Below, piece after piece: positions 23,261-36,340 of a DNA stretch of 64,000 nucleotides (position 1 is the stretch's first letter; every line of letters begins with the position of its first letter). Under the pieces are notes generated by a model that had not been told where the DNA came from, did not search any database, and saw nothing but the letters and a program-made list of their open reading frames with translations. Location: assembly GCA_002269645.1 (NCBI GenBank), contig NIVC01001665.1, positions 62,001 through 126,000 on the forward strand, given 5' to 3'. Source of the stretch: Macrostomum lignano. Taxonomy: Eukaryota. The position numbers and the translations under genes are program-made.

Positions 23261-24463
23261 CTTTCCATAATGATTTTTTAAATTAGAATTACGCTTTCAA
23301 GTTTCCATATTTACAGGGAGCCTTAATTGCTGGATGCATAATTAAAAATGCGATGCTATACCAACAGAAGGTATGTAAAAAGATTTCTAGCTCTGAAAGC
23401 TGAAATTCTCTTTTCAATTGTACAGGGAACACCTGCTTATGTTGACTCCGCTTGTCAATCACACCCGGAAACTCCCATTGGGTATCTCAGTGCAGATTTG
23501 TTTGAGCAAACACAAGATGAAGTTTCAGTTGCACTGCAAGGTACGCACTCGCTGGGGCAGCAAACTGGAAAGCGTACCGGTAAACAATAAGGTTTAAACA
23601 GAAAAAGAAGTTTCTGTTTGTCGAGAGATGTCCAGATCCAAATGAAAACCCTGCTGTATATTTAAACAGCAGAAACTTGAAAGTTATGCACTTTCTTTTG
23701 ATCACATGCATGTTTGGGGTAAAAGAAGAAAAGTTCTATTTGTTATATTTGTCAATCGCTCTGGAACTGGACTGGATTGACAGCTACACAATGTTCGACA
23801 TGTAACAGATGCCTTTGTTTTGTTTGTTTTTTTAATTTGCAGTCATGGAACAATCGACCTTTTTTAGCTCAAACCACAGATACTATAATAATTAGTATAT
23901 AAAGTATAATGCTATAATACTATAATTATTATTGTAAATGTGGCCCAGACGAGAAAATGCAGCGTATACCGCGGTAAACCCCATGCCATTCAGTTCTATG
24001 CAACTATATAACAAGCCATTGGTTTGATAATTCTGATCTTAACTGCTTATGAAGTCGATTAGCACGCAGATTTCTATAACGAGCTTAAAATTGGGAACAT
24101 ATCTAAATTGCTGCATGCTCGATCACTGCAGCTTTTAATGCAAAAACAATTTGGAAAACTGATCGAGAGAGCCGATGATAGAGGTTGTTGGTTGGAATCA
24201 AGGAGTTCTAATACATGTAACTATATAGAAAAGAATGGAATATAGAATATCGCAGCCAGTAAGTAAAAGGGAAAATGCGAGCAAAACTCCTTGGCTTGGA
24301 ATCCTTATTTTGTGCTATGTCTTTGGCCGAATTATTTCACACTGCTTGCTTCTTTTTCCGCTTATGCATGTCTATGGGCAAGACCCTAAATCTACTGCTT
24401 GCCAAATGGGAGTTCTTCACTCGATCCACTCGGCTGCATGTAGATTTTCATTTTCGATCAGTA

Positions 24464-25068
24464 TCGCTTTTGACGCTCTAGATAAGACTTTAGACATTCC
24501 ATATAAGCCTGCATAGGATCGCAAGCAAGGCCAGGCTAGCCACGGCCAGAGCATGCCCAGTCTTGGCTGCGGGAATGGCTTGGCCATAGACTAAAAAATG
24601 GAATATCAAAATGAGAATCAGACGCTCAATATGAGACTGAGTGTGAAAGCCTTCAGATATCGCTCTAACCCTCTGACCCTCAGCCAGCTCTCCTTCTTCA
24701 CCCCTTGGGTTGCATCTGACCCCTTGGATTTCAGGTGCTTAAATCGAATGGCCTTCTAACGCAGTCCGCCAGGCTGACTTCAGTGATGGACTAAACATTT
24801 CGATATGCTATTCTGCTTCTTGTTTATTGCCTAATTTTTCCTTAGCTGTTTGTATGATGACTGCCAAAAAGCAAATAAATTACGTTCACTCCCGGTCTCA
24901 TATTGAGCGTCTTATTCTCATTTTGATATTCCATTTTTTAGTCTATGGCCAAGCCATCCCTGCAGCCAAGACTGGGCTTGCTCTGGCCGTGGCTAGCCTG
25001 GCCTTGCTTGCAATTCTATGCAGGCTTATATGGAATGTCTAAAGTCTTATCTAGAGCGTCAAAAGCGA
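24464..25068. mobile_element. 605-bp palindromic MITE with ~184-bp TIRs and a TA target (Tc1/mariner-type target)
   Basis: Arms TCGCTTTTGACGCTCTAGATAAGAC... (24464-~24647) and ...GTCTTATCTAGAGCGTCAAAAGCGA (~24885-25068); TA on each side. The paralogous segment has the empty site GATCAG-TA-CCTTTTAAAAG at 33828. Confidence 0.9.
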
Positions 25069-25688
25069 TACCTTTTAAAAGCGAAGCAACTGCATGTATA
25101 AAAAATTTAGTCTCAACATAAATATGAACTCATAAGCAATTTTTGTATAGCCATGCAAAGACTTAGGCTTTCCAGTTGTAGTCGCAAAGTTAATGTGCCA
25201 GGTGCGCACAGAGTTGCTTTATTTATATATTTATCCAGACTAGAAAAACTAAAAGATCGATATTTAAAATGAGCGAGTGATGTCACTAAACACATTATAC
25301 GGATAATTTATCAAATACTCTACTGAAAGTGGCAGGAGAAGAAAAAGACAAGAATAATATTAATATATAGTTAGCATGTACGCTACACCATACTTTTAAG
25401 TAGAAATATCAGCGGAACAATTAAGTTAACCCATCAATTTATGACACAAAACCAATCCCAACCATCTGCCAACCCTACTTCAGTCGGCCTTGAAGAATGT
25501 GTTATGGTCCAGTCCAGCCGAATTTTGGCTTTTTATTGTCCGGTGTTATGTTGACTATAACGAAATTTTGATTCCAGAAGAAAATACAGCCAAGATAAAT
25601 ACAAAAAATACTAAGCAGAAAAAGTATATAAAAATGAACAGTAGCTTTTCTAACATTACAGAATTTTTTGCTGCATGCTGCTGCTGCA

Positions 25689-25933
25689 AGTATTCAGAGC
25701 TAATCCCTCAGTATTCAGAGCTAATCCCTCAGTATTCAGAGCTAATCCCTCAGTATTCAGAGCTAATCCCTCAGTATTCAGAGCTAATCCCTCAGTATGA
25801 GCTAATCCCTCAGTATTAAGAGCTAATCCCTCAGTATGAGCTAATCCCTCAGTATTAAGAGCTAATCCCTCAGTATTCAGAGCTAATCCCTCAGTATTCA
25901 GAGCTAATCCCTCAGTATTCAGCGCTAATCCCT
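25689..25933 (+). repeat. 21-bp minisatellite (AGTATTCAGAGCTAATCCCTC) at the right breakpoint of duplication copy A
   Basis: About 11-12 direct units, some 18-bp variants. Confidence 0.93.
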
Positions 25934-27460
25934 GGCGTCGCCTCCAGTCCGCTCCCCCCGCTGTTTCGCATCATGTGGTCTGGTAGGGTAGGATTCTGCA
26001 TCACTTAGGGGGCCAAGGCCTACACTACCGTGACTACTGTTCGACTCTACATGGTGAGTAGAGCATTGCGGAGCAAATGCGAGTGGGATATCAGGCGTGT
26101 AGGAAAATCAATTAAATATGAAATAACTGCTGATCAGCTAGCTGTGTGCCAGCGACCCAGGCTCGATTCCAAGTGCAGTCACATTAATTTGGGGCTGAAT
26201 TGGAATCTCAGCTTGACTCGTTCGTGCAATTAACGGCCTTGAGAGCCAACCCCCCCAAGGCGCAGTGAAGTGTACATGCCTAACAATTGATAAAGTTAGG
26301 GCCGCCGTACACTCCTGTGTGAGTGTGTGCCTGCCTACGTATCCGCGCGCTTGTATGCCTGCTTAGGGGAGTCGGCAGAATGAGCAGTAATGCCTCTCGC
26401 CGGTTGTGTGCCAATGACGCTTAAATTGCGCCAGGGTGCACACAACCCCCCTGCCTCTAATAATAAAGTACCTGCCCAACACGCACTATCATGTTGTACG
26501 AGCAGCAGCAAGTATATGTACAGCTAGTATAGTACGTAAGACACTTACAAATGTAAATTGACGGTTTGATGTTCCATATACCAGATGTAAATATACATGT
26601 ACATGTACAAAGGAGGCTAAACAGAATCATAGAACTCAGACTCGTCGATTGTCGAATGATGAAATTCCTGAATTACGAGGGTACAAAAAATGTATGCAAC
26701 ATATTTCCTTAATTTCAATTTTTATAATCACGCACTACGAGTAATAGCTATAAACTTTATTTTCCAAGCGACCGTCATTTAATTATTATCGGTTGAAATT
26801 CCAGCCGCGGTGCAGGCGTCGGGTCTGAGGCACGCGGCCGAAGCTGCTTTTCTCATTTCAAAGATTTTTGCTACATGTATGCTGTTTATTGATATTGTTA
26901 TTGCTGCTGTTGTGGTTAAACCGAAAAATAACGCAATTTCTTTTTGATAGATCTCCTCCCCAACGTGATTCTTACAATTCTTACAATACGCTCATATAAA
27001 GCTCGTAAATTCGATTTTTTCACGTTTTTGAATATATTCCACGATCGATATTTGCATAAATTAGCCATAACTATTTCGATTTGTTCGATACAATCTTGCT
27101 CAATTTTATTTCAAGGAATCTTGAAAGAAAAAAAAAATTATCTGGCAAATTAATGCGGTAGTTGAAATTTTGCTACAAAATTCAATTTTTCTTCAAAAAT
27201 TTAAAAAATTTGTAATAGTAACGAATTTGCGAACGATATATATACCAAGCTGTCAGGTATAGACTATGCCAATTTTTTATTGCCCATCAGAAAATCTACT
27301 TCCAATTAATTGTGAACGTTATTGGATATTTCAGAATGTCGAAAATTTTTGTCCTCTTTGCTCTCATAGTCGCTATGACGCTGCTGGGACCGCCGGAAGC
27401 ATCAGCGTAAGTGGCAGATTGCTGGCACCTTCCCACCAGTGTGTCTGCACTAATATGTAT

Positions 27461-27477
27461 CTGTCTGTCTGCTGTCT

Positions 27478-27508
<31 letters not shown>

Positions 27509-27631
27509 TAGTGTCTGTCTGTCTGTCTGTCTGTCTGTCTTAGTGTCTGTCTGTCTGTCTTAGTGTCTGTCTGTCTGTCTTAGTGTCTGCCTGTCTGTCT
27601 GTCTGTCTGCCTGTCTGTCTGTCTGTCTTAG

Positions 27632-27718
<87 letters not shown>
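27461..27718 (+). repeat. (CTGT)n microsatellite
   Basis: Direct observation, with CTTAGT interruptions. Confidence 0.96.
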
Positions 27719-27719
<1 letters not shown>

Positions 27720-28337
27720 AAAATGAATTATATAAATTCAATAACAAACTACCAATACACCCGCAGAGAGGAATGCGTTAAAAAAAACAAAGAGTGCAGC
27801 GTTTTCTCTAGCGAAGGCAAAGTTTGCTGCTCTCCACTGCGCTGCACGATGGTGAAAGCCAACTGGTCGTATGTAAAGTATATCTGCAAGTGAGGCGTGT
27901 CTAAGAAGCCACCTGAGCAAGAATTCAAGCTATAACATTATATAAGGGTCGTGTTTCTTTCTTTAAAAGCGATTAATTTTAAGCCGTTAAATTTAATAGA
28001 TTCTTCGCCAATAAAAACAAATACGGTGCGGATTATTTAATTTAAAGACACTCTATATAACTGCTAAAAAGATTGACTTTTCTAAAAACATCAATTCTTA
28101 TCATCTAAAAATGAGAAAAACAAGTTTTCGTGCAGGGGTAATTTGTATAGCTGAGAAAATTGTTTCACTCAGATTGCGCTCGGAGTGCTGCGAGCGTAGA
28201 AGTAAAAGAATGCTTTGAAATTAGAAAAGCTACTAGCTGACAGGGGTAGATTTCATGAAGCCACTTGTCAGAGAAATTGCAACTGAAAATTACCATTAGA
28301 CCAGGGGGTCGGCAAACTTTTTACCTCAAGGGCCAGA

Positions 28338-28850
28338 GGAGTGAGAGAAGAGGGAATAGAGAAGAGAAATAGGAAAAAGGAGAGGAGAAGGAATAAAGGA
28401 GAAGAGAGGAGAGGAGGGGAGAGGAGAGGAGAGAAGAGAGGAGAGGAGGGGAGAGGAGAGGAGAGAAGAGAGGAGAGGAGGGGAGAGGAGAGGAGAGAAG
28501 AGAGGAGAGGAGGGGAGAGGAGAGGAGAGAAGAGAGGAGAGGAGGGGAGAGGAGAGGAGAGAAGAGAGGAGAGGAGGGGAGAGGAGAGGAGAGAAGAGAG
28601 GAGAGGAGGGGAGAGGAGAGGAGAGAAGAGAGGAGAGGAGGGGAGAGGAGAGGAGAGAAGAGAGGAGAGGAGGGAGAGGAGAGGAGAGAAGAGAGGAGAG
28701 GAGGGGAGAGGAGAGGAGAGAAGAGAGGAGACATCAAATAAAAGAAGAAAGATGAAATAGAAGAGGGAGGAGAGGAGAGGAGATAAGAGGAGAGGAAAGA
28801 AAAAGAGAGGAGAGATGACAAGAGAGAGGTGAGAGAAGAGAGCTAGGAGG
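28338..28850 (+). repeat. Polypurine (GGAGA/GAGAA)n repeat with higher-order units
   Basis: Almost purely G/A on the + strand; the RE-rich and SP/LS-rich ORFs here are artefacts. Confidence 0.93.
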
Positions 28851-29808
28851 AGGCACACTGAGAAGAACTGTGAAGTTTCAAAAGACCTCTGCATTAGACT
28901 ATATGCTTTTGTGGCCAAGCAATTAACCGGGATTCTATGTAGAGTACATGGCATAAATTAAATTTGTCAAACGGTTCGTGAACTTGTCAAGTGAATTGCA
29001 TTCAAGCTTTACCTAACATCTTTGATGATCGAGATTTAAGATGCAGAAAAGCCCCCAGATCGACAGGCAGTGGGGGGTGGTGCGTGCGCTCGTAAACACG
29101 CCATGACGTACTCACTGCAAGCCCTAAAGATGGCTAAAAGCAGTGCAGATGCACTCCGGCACAACAGTATTTTTATCTACGCAGTGTTAAAGACTGATGC
29201 GACCTTTCAGCAAATGCTCTCAGTAATCGTTAGATTATCTCCGCGCAAACGCGACTCTTACAATTCCTACACTACTACTTAGCTAGTAGCTAATATAGAC
29301 CTGGTTAAATCTTCCTTTCTCATCGGATACTTCTGCGGGTCGCCATTATAAACCCGAAAAATCACAACTCCGAAAGCACTTCCCATCATAAACCCGAAAT
29401 ATCATAAACCCGAAATATCATAAACCCGAAATATCATAAACCCGAAATAGAAATAACTCTGAAAACCAAAATAGTGTTGGACATTGCTAGAACTTTCGGA
29501 GTTAAGCCCTGCAGCTACATGTAAGTCAAGTAAGTGAAGTCGATATATTGGAGTTTTGTTAGATGCTTGCAAGCGGATCGTGCGAGAGAGAGCTGGTATA
29601 CTGCAGTGTATTTGTTTGACATGAAGTTCTTACACAACATTACACAGTAATGGGGAGCAAGGCGCACAGGGAGGTGCGCAAACAGTGGGGTAAGTAATTT
29701 GCCACGGACACATCAATTAAGCTGCTGATTTGGTAGAGTCACCCCACCAGCCATGGGCGTGCTGGACCGGTGGGGCCTGCGTGCGACGCACCACCCATGA
29801 TCTAAACA

Positions 29809-30021
29809 CAGGGGGCGTCGCCACTGGGAGGGACCCCCGTAAAAGCCATGGAGGGACATGCCTATGCTTAATTTCACATCCGCAAGCCACATCACCTTGT
29901 GAAAGATTATGGAAATCAGTAATTTTGCTCCAGGGCCCCAAAATAGAGGGCCTGCGGCGTCAAAATGAGTGCAAACAACACTGATTCTAAAATAATGTAT
30001 GAATTTATGGCGACGCCCCTG
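29809..30021. mobile_element. hAT-type MITE (CAGGGGGCGTCGCC TIR), copy B
   Basis: TIRs CAGGGGGCGTCGCCA/TGGCGACGCCCCTG; perfect 8-bp TSD TCTAAACA at 29801-29808 and 30022-30029. Confidence 0.88.
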
Positions 30022-30084
30022 TCTAAACAACCTGCAATAAATATTCACACAGTTATATTGTGTCCTTCGATTAAATTGTAATCT

Positions 30085-31143
30085 TCAATAGACAAGCATC
30101 TCGGCCTCTTTCAACGAGTAGTAGGCTTCGAACGGCATCATCCAGTGGATGCCCATAGCATAGGCTGTGCTCAGCGCTTCAGGATAATTGTGGTATTGAC
30201 CGTTTAGATGAGCACCGAAGCAGCTGTTGAACCACCAGGCGCCTTTAAACGCAAGAGCACAGTTGCCTTCTGCATTGTCATTGTCCTTGTCTATTGTCGT
30301 GAATGGAAAACCGTTGGTAATCACTTTTGTAAGTCCATCCCACGGTGCAGCAATCGAATCCCCGATTCCGGCACTTCCTGAGAAACCAGACACGCTGAGC
30401 TTGTAGAGATCCGTTTCCGAAGCTACAGAGAAGCTTTTGTAGTGAGCCCAGCTCTGGGAGTTGTTCCACACTCGCATCAATATGAGCAGTTTTCTCGGCG
30501 TTGGATTGGTCAGCGAGAAGAGCCGGTCTAAGCCTGCATTGGTTTAGGAGTTCACTTCTCGGTAGCTTCACTTCTAATGATGTCAAACCTCATATTCATT
30601 GCAAAATACGTTTCTGTCTATTACACCAGAGGATGCTGCTTCGGTAGAACTGTTAATATTAATGCGTCTGCAACAGATAAGCGACTTACCTATCCAGAAG
30701 TTACCATCGGGTCCCTCGCCGAAGCCGGTCCTGTACTCGGACCAGACTCGCTGAAAATTTACCGAGCCCGACACCCTGTGCTGCACCGTGGTCCAACAGC
30801 TGGTAAACATTAACCTCAGCCACACCACAGGATTGCTGATATTAGAGGCGCTTCTGCATTTCCTACATCCGGGTCCGTCCAATGGTAGATCTCGCAGGCG
30901 GCAGTCGTAAGCTTCGCAATCTCCGGTCGACTTGTCGAATTTCGCCAGTCGGGCGGTTGTTGAGAATTTCGAGTCAACCCAGGCCAGGCACAGCGACAGG
31001 TGGCCGACCTGACGCCTGCTGCCCAGCATTGAGTAGTCCTGGAGGTTGTCGCGGTCCTTGAGCCACATTAGCTGACGGCTTGTGGTGGCATCAGCAGTCG
31101 TTGCTATGGCAACTAGGATCGACAAAACTCGATTGAAATTCAT
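30085..31143 (-). CDS. Secreted PAN-like + fibrinogen-related protein, copy B; exons 31143-30690 and 30533-30085 (300 aa)
   Basis: Near-identical to copy A, with the same phase-1 GT-AG intron and intact FBG motifs. Confidence 0.92.
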
Positions 31144-32230
31144 TTTTCGTCTTGTTTGTGAATGGATTTTACCCAGGCAAAAATGATGCGAGTCTTTGAA
31201 TTTATACTGTATCCTTGATTACTATTCAGCCAATGGATGACTTCTTGCACGCAGCGCAATCCTTATTGGCTGGGAAATGAAACTTCGCTGTGTTTGCTGC
31301 ATTGTCGAGTCTCCTATATTTTAAACCGGATTTCTCGACATCTTCAGATGCAGGAACGGCGACATAAACAGACTGATAGACAGGCAGAAAGACATGCTGG
31401 CAGAAAATACATGTACTGACACTAAGATCCGAATTGGCAGGCAGATGAAGGATGAACAGACAGAACATTATAGATAATTTTGACGGACACTGAAGATCAT
31501 CGTAAGAAAATATCGATCGAACTTACGCTACGACAGCTTTAGTAAGTAAGACCCCTTCGTCTATAAAGTTTCATGCAGCTCAAACTGACACTGCTAACTC
31601 TATAACTCTAACTCTAACTTATGTCGTACTACAGAAGGACTGAAAATGAGGATAAAATTTGCATTTTTACGGGAAACCCGACTTCCTGTTGGGGAGGGAG
31701 GAGAGGTGGAGAAAGGAAGATAGCAGTTCCTGGAGGGACACTTGGGATGCAGGCTAACAGAAAGGATGCAGTGCAAAATGCAGCTGAGTCCTTTCCGGTG
31801 CGAGTGCAAGAGAGTCCATTGCAAATTTTGGAGAGGCAGTTGCAGCACATGAAATCGTGGACACGCCTAGGCCTGCAGCTCGTTCGGCTGATATTCTTCA
31901 CTATTTTCTTCCCTAGGTTCTTCTGTGACATAGATCAAGCTCCTCTTTGTGTTCTCTGTTGAATTTTTTGTCCTTCTCGTCTACAATTGTCTCATTTTCT
32001 CTGGAAGCTGTATCTGCTGTCTGAGGCAACGCATTGCTGAAGTCAAAATGAAGACATACAATTGTCAGCCCTTCGTAAGACCGCATAGCCGTGCCAGTTG
32101 GACAAGAACTTAATAAATGTTTACAACGGAACTGTTTAAGTTTTAAACTTTTCAGATCAGAGAAAGTGTCAAAATATACACTATTTTGGCCCCTTTTGTA
32201 TTCAGATACCCCTTTGCCTAAGCTGTTCAT

Positions 32231-32626
32231 CAGGGACGTCGTTATGGATTTTATGGTGGGGGGACAAAGCCAAGAATTCTACATGTACATGTAAACTATT
32301 TTCAGAATTAGTGTTGTCAGCGCTCATTTGGCGCTGCAGGCACTCATTTTGGCGCCGCAGGCACTCATTTTGGCGCCGCAGGCACTCATTTTGGCGCCCG
32401 CAGGCACTCATTTTGGCGCCCCAGGCACTCATTTTGGCGCCCCAAGCACTCATTTTGGCGCCCCAGGCACTCGTTTTCGCTATACTTTGGCGCCCTGAAG
32501 CAAAATTATTGATTTCCAAAACGGGTCACTAGTTTGGGGGGGGGACAAAGCATTGGCATGTCCTCCAATAGCTTTTACTGGGGGGGGGGGCATGTCCCCT
32601 GGTCCCCCACGGTGGCGACGCCCCTG
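32231..32626. mobile_element. hAT-type MITE upstream of FReD-B with an internal 21/22-bp repeat expansion
   Basis: CAGGGACGTCG...CGACGCCCCTG; TSD CTGTTCAT/CTGTCCAT (7/8); GCACTCATTTTGGCGCC[G/C]CAG repeated ~7 times (32310-32470) against ~2 in copy A. Confidence 0.8.
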
Positions 32627-35384
32627 CTGTCCATGATAATTTTTTAAATTAGGATTACGTTTTCAAGTTTCCATATTTACAGAGAGCAAATTTATTGTGC
32701 CTTAATTGATGGATGCCAACAGAAGGTATATAAAAAGATTTCTAGCTCTGGAAGCTGAAATCCTCTTCTCAATGGTACAGGAAACACCTGCTTATGTTGA
32801 CTGCGCTTGTCGATTACACCCGGAAACTCCCATTGGGTATCTCAGTGCAGGTTTGTTTGAGCAAACACAAGAAGATGAAGTTTCAGTTGCACTGCAAGGT
32901 ACGCACTCGCTGGGGCAGCAAACTGGAAAGCGTAAACAATAAGGTTTAAACAGAAAAAGAAGTTCTGTTTGTAGAGAGACATTCCAGATCCAAATGAAAG
33001 CCCTGCTGTATTTAAACAGCAGAAACTCTAAAGTTATGCACTTTCTTTTGATCACATGTTTGGGGTAAAAGAAGAAAAGTTCTATTATTTGTCGATCGGT
33101 CCGGATTGACAGCTACGAGCTACACAATGTTCAACATGTAACAGATGTCTTTGTTTTGTTTGTTTTTAATTTGCAGTCATGAAACAATCGACCTAGCTTT
33201 TTAGCGCAAACCACGGATACTATAATAATTAGTGTATATAGTATAATACTATAATACTACTATAATACTATAACTATTATAGTATCTGTGGCGCAAACTA
33301 CATGTACATGTAAAAAATGCAGCGTAGCGCGGTAAACCCCAGACCATTCTCAGTTCTATGCAACTAACCAAGCCATTAGTTTGATAATTCTGATCTTATT
33401 AACTGCTTATGAAGTCGATTAGCACGCAGATTTCCATAACGAGCTTAAAACTGAACATATCTAAATTGCTGCATCATGCTCGATCACTGCCTTTAATGCA
33501 AAAACAATTTGGAAAACTGATCGAGAGAGCCGATAATAGAGGTTGTTGGTTGGAATCAAGGAGTTCTAATAACTATTATAGAATAGAATATAGGAATATA
33601 TAGAATATCGCAGCCAGTAAGTACCAAGGAAAAATGCGAGCGAAACTCATTGGTTGAAATTCTTCTTTTGTGCTAATGTCTATATGGCCGAATTATCAAA
33701 TTGCTTGCTTCTTTTTCAGCTTATGCATGTCTATGGGCAAGACCCTAAATCTACTGCTTGCCAAATGGGAGTTCTCCACTCCACTTGGCTGCATGAACAT
33801 GTACAAGTAGATTTCATTTTCGATCAGTACCTTTTAAAAGCGAAGCAACTGCATGTATAAAATATTAAATCTCAACATAAACTTAGCTACATACTAGCGT
33901 CACAAGCAATGTTGTATAGCTATGCAAAGACTTGGGCTTTCCAGCTGTCGTCGCAAAGTTAGAGTGCCAAGTGCGCACAGTTGCTTTATTTATATATTTT
34001 ATCCACTGCACTAGAAAAACTAATTAAACGATCGATATTTAAAAGAGCCAGAGATGTGATCACATCCGTAATTATACGGATAGTTTATCAAATACTCACT
34101 GAAAGACGTGGCAGTAGAAGTAAAAGACAAGAATAATATTAATATTGTTAGCATAACGCCACACTATACTAATAGTAGAAAAATCAGTGGAATAATTAAG
34201 TTAACCCGTCAATTTACGACACAACACCAATCCCAACCGCCTGCCGACCCTACTTATTTACACAATACTTTACAAACATTGAACTTAAAATATAATATTT
34301 GCGTAAAAACCCTCTCTAGGGCTGAAGCGCAGGGTAATTATTCTATAGCATGGCCCAACTTATCAACTGAACTGAACTGCGTTATAGACCAGTCCTGCCT
34401 AATTCTGGCGGGGGGGGGTTTCATAAGACCGAAATTTCACCGAAAATTCATAAGACCCTGCAAATTTCGGGTTTCATAAGACCGAAATTTCACAACGCCG
34501 AAAACTCAAAATGCAGGGCCCTTCATTCTGGCTTTTGATTTTCCGGTGTTATGTTGACTATAACGAAATTTTGATTTCAAAAGCAAATACAGCCAAGAGA
34601 AATACAAAAAATACTAAGCAGAAAAAAGCATATAAAGATGAACATAGCTTTTCTAATATTACAGAATTTTTTGTTGCATGGCTTGAAACAAAGCAAAATT
34701 TAACTATAATGAGCGCTATAAAATTTAATAAAATTTAATAAAGTGAAATACAATTTTTCAATTGCTACTACTTTTAAAAAGTGGGAAAAGTAAAAAAAAT
34801 ATAAATAGCCAAATTTGTTTAAAGTATTGATACATATGCTGTTGACTGCTTTTAAATAGCTGCTATCCATCTTCGCGAAATACCAGACATTAGAATTTTT
34901 AAAATTGTCTATGTCTTATGTCAATCATAGTAACTAAAAGTTTACTTTTAGGTTTTAGTTTTAGGCAGACAGTGAATTAATTTAGTAGTAATATTTTTAT
35001 CAAGTTTTTTAATTTATTTAATTCAAACTGTATGTCTGCATCCTGAGTTGCTAGGATTGCCTCCCAGACTATTAGGATCTTGAGTTATTCTTCAAAGCTC
35101 AAAATAATTCATTAATCTTACAAAAACCTTTGAAACATTTATTAAAGCATCCTACCATGTGATCTTCTCAGTTTATTATACATGTTAAATAACACAAGAC
35201 CAGCAGCCACTCAAAGACTTAGAAAAACAATTTCTGCTTCTAGCAAAAATTAATCATACTATGTCTATGTCTAATACTAGCATTCCTTGCTGCAGCTTTT
35301 GTATAATTCCTTTACATAAACATGGAAATCAGGTTTTCAAATGCAACACAAAATTATTGCAACAATTTTACAGTTTTACTGGAT

Positions 35385-36340
35385 AATTCCAAGAGATCCC
35401 AATTCAGAATCCAAAATATCCCGATTGAGAATCCCAGAGATCCCAGTTGAGAATCCCAGCGATCCCAGCTGATAATCCCAAAGATCCCAGTTGGGACTCC
35501 CATAGATCCCAGTTGAGAATCCAAAAGATCCCCACTGAGAATCCCAGCGATCCCAATTGAGAATCCCAGAGATCCCGATTTATAATCCAAGAGATCCCAG
35601 TTTAGAATCCCAGAGATCTCAAGTGAGAATCCCAGAGATCCCAATTGAGAATCCCAGAGATCCCAATCGAGAATCCCAGAGATCCCAATTGAGAATCCCA
35701 GAGATAATGATCGATAATGATCGATAATGATTGAGAATCATGATCCCAATTTAAAATTCCAGAGATACCAGTTGAGAACCCCAGAGATCCCAATCGAGAA
35801 TCCCAGAGATCCCAATCGAGAATCCCAGAGATCTCAATCGAGAATCCCAGAGATCCCAATTGAGAATCCCAGAGATCCCAATCGAGAATCCCAGAGATCC
35901 CAATTGAGAATCCCAGAGATCTCCACTGAGAATCCCAGAGATCCCAATCGAGAATCCCAGAGATCCCAATTGAGAATCCCAGAGATCTCCACTGAGAATC
36001 CCAGAGATCCCAATCGAGAATCCCAGAGATCCCAATTGAGAATCCCAGAGACCCCGGTCGAAAATCCCAAAGATCCCCACTGAGAATCCCAGAGATCCCA
36101 ATTGAGAATCCCAGAGATCCCAATCGAGAATCCCAGAGATCCCCACTGAGAATCCCAGAGATCCCAATCGAGAATCCCAGAGATCCCAATTGAGAATCCC
36201 AGAGATCTCCACTGAGAATCCTAGAGATCCCAATCGAGAATCCCAGAGATCCCAATTGAGAATCCCAAAGACCCCTTACTGAGAATCCCAGTGATCCAAA
36301 TTAAGAATCTCAGTGATCCCAATGGAGATTCCTAAAGAGA
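35385..36340 (+). repeat. 22-bp minisatellite (TGAGAATCCCAGAGATCCCAAT) built from two related 11-bp halves
   Basis: Direct tandem units with decayed edges. Confidence 0.95.

Larger units (their letters stand above)
20845..25677. repeat. Segmental duplication, copy A (paralogous to ~29520-34680)
   Basis: Collinear similarity from AAGTCGATATATTGG (~20866/~29537) to ACAGAATTTTTTG.TGCATG (~25658/~34661), covering the FReD gene, its promoter and two shared MITEs. Confidence 0.92.
29520..34680. repeat. Segmental duplication, copy B (paralogous to ~20845-25677)
   Basis: As for copy A. It lacks the TA-MITE but carries a private ~0.7-kb insertion (~31470-32200) and a 115-bp insertion (34410-34524) flanked by ATTCTGGC repeats. 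Confidence 0.92.

Noticed and set aside
26100-26470. tRNA gene or tRNA-derived SINE (GGCTCGATTCC B-box-like at ~26160; ATAATAA tail)
   Set aside because: No cloverleaf, no convincingly spaced A-box and no TSD could be found; a SINE remains possible but is unsupported.
26674-26700. TACGAGGG mariner-like TIR start
   Set aside because: No matching inverted end or transposase sequence was found nearby.
28268-28954. Arg/Glu-rich and Leu/Ser/Pro-rich ORFs
   Set aside because: Low-complexity polypurine tract.
35354-36255. WD-like 'LWDSQLGSLGFSIGISGIL' ORFs
   Set aside because: Translations of the 22-bp minisatellite, not WD40 repeats.
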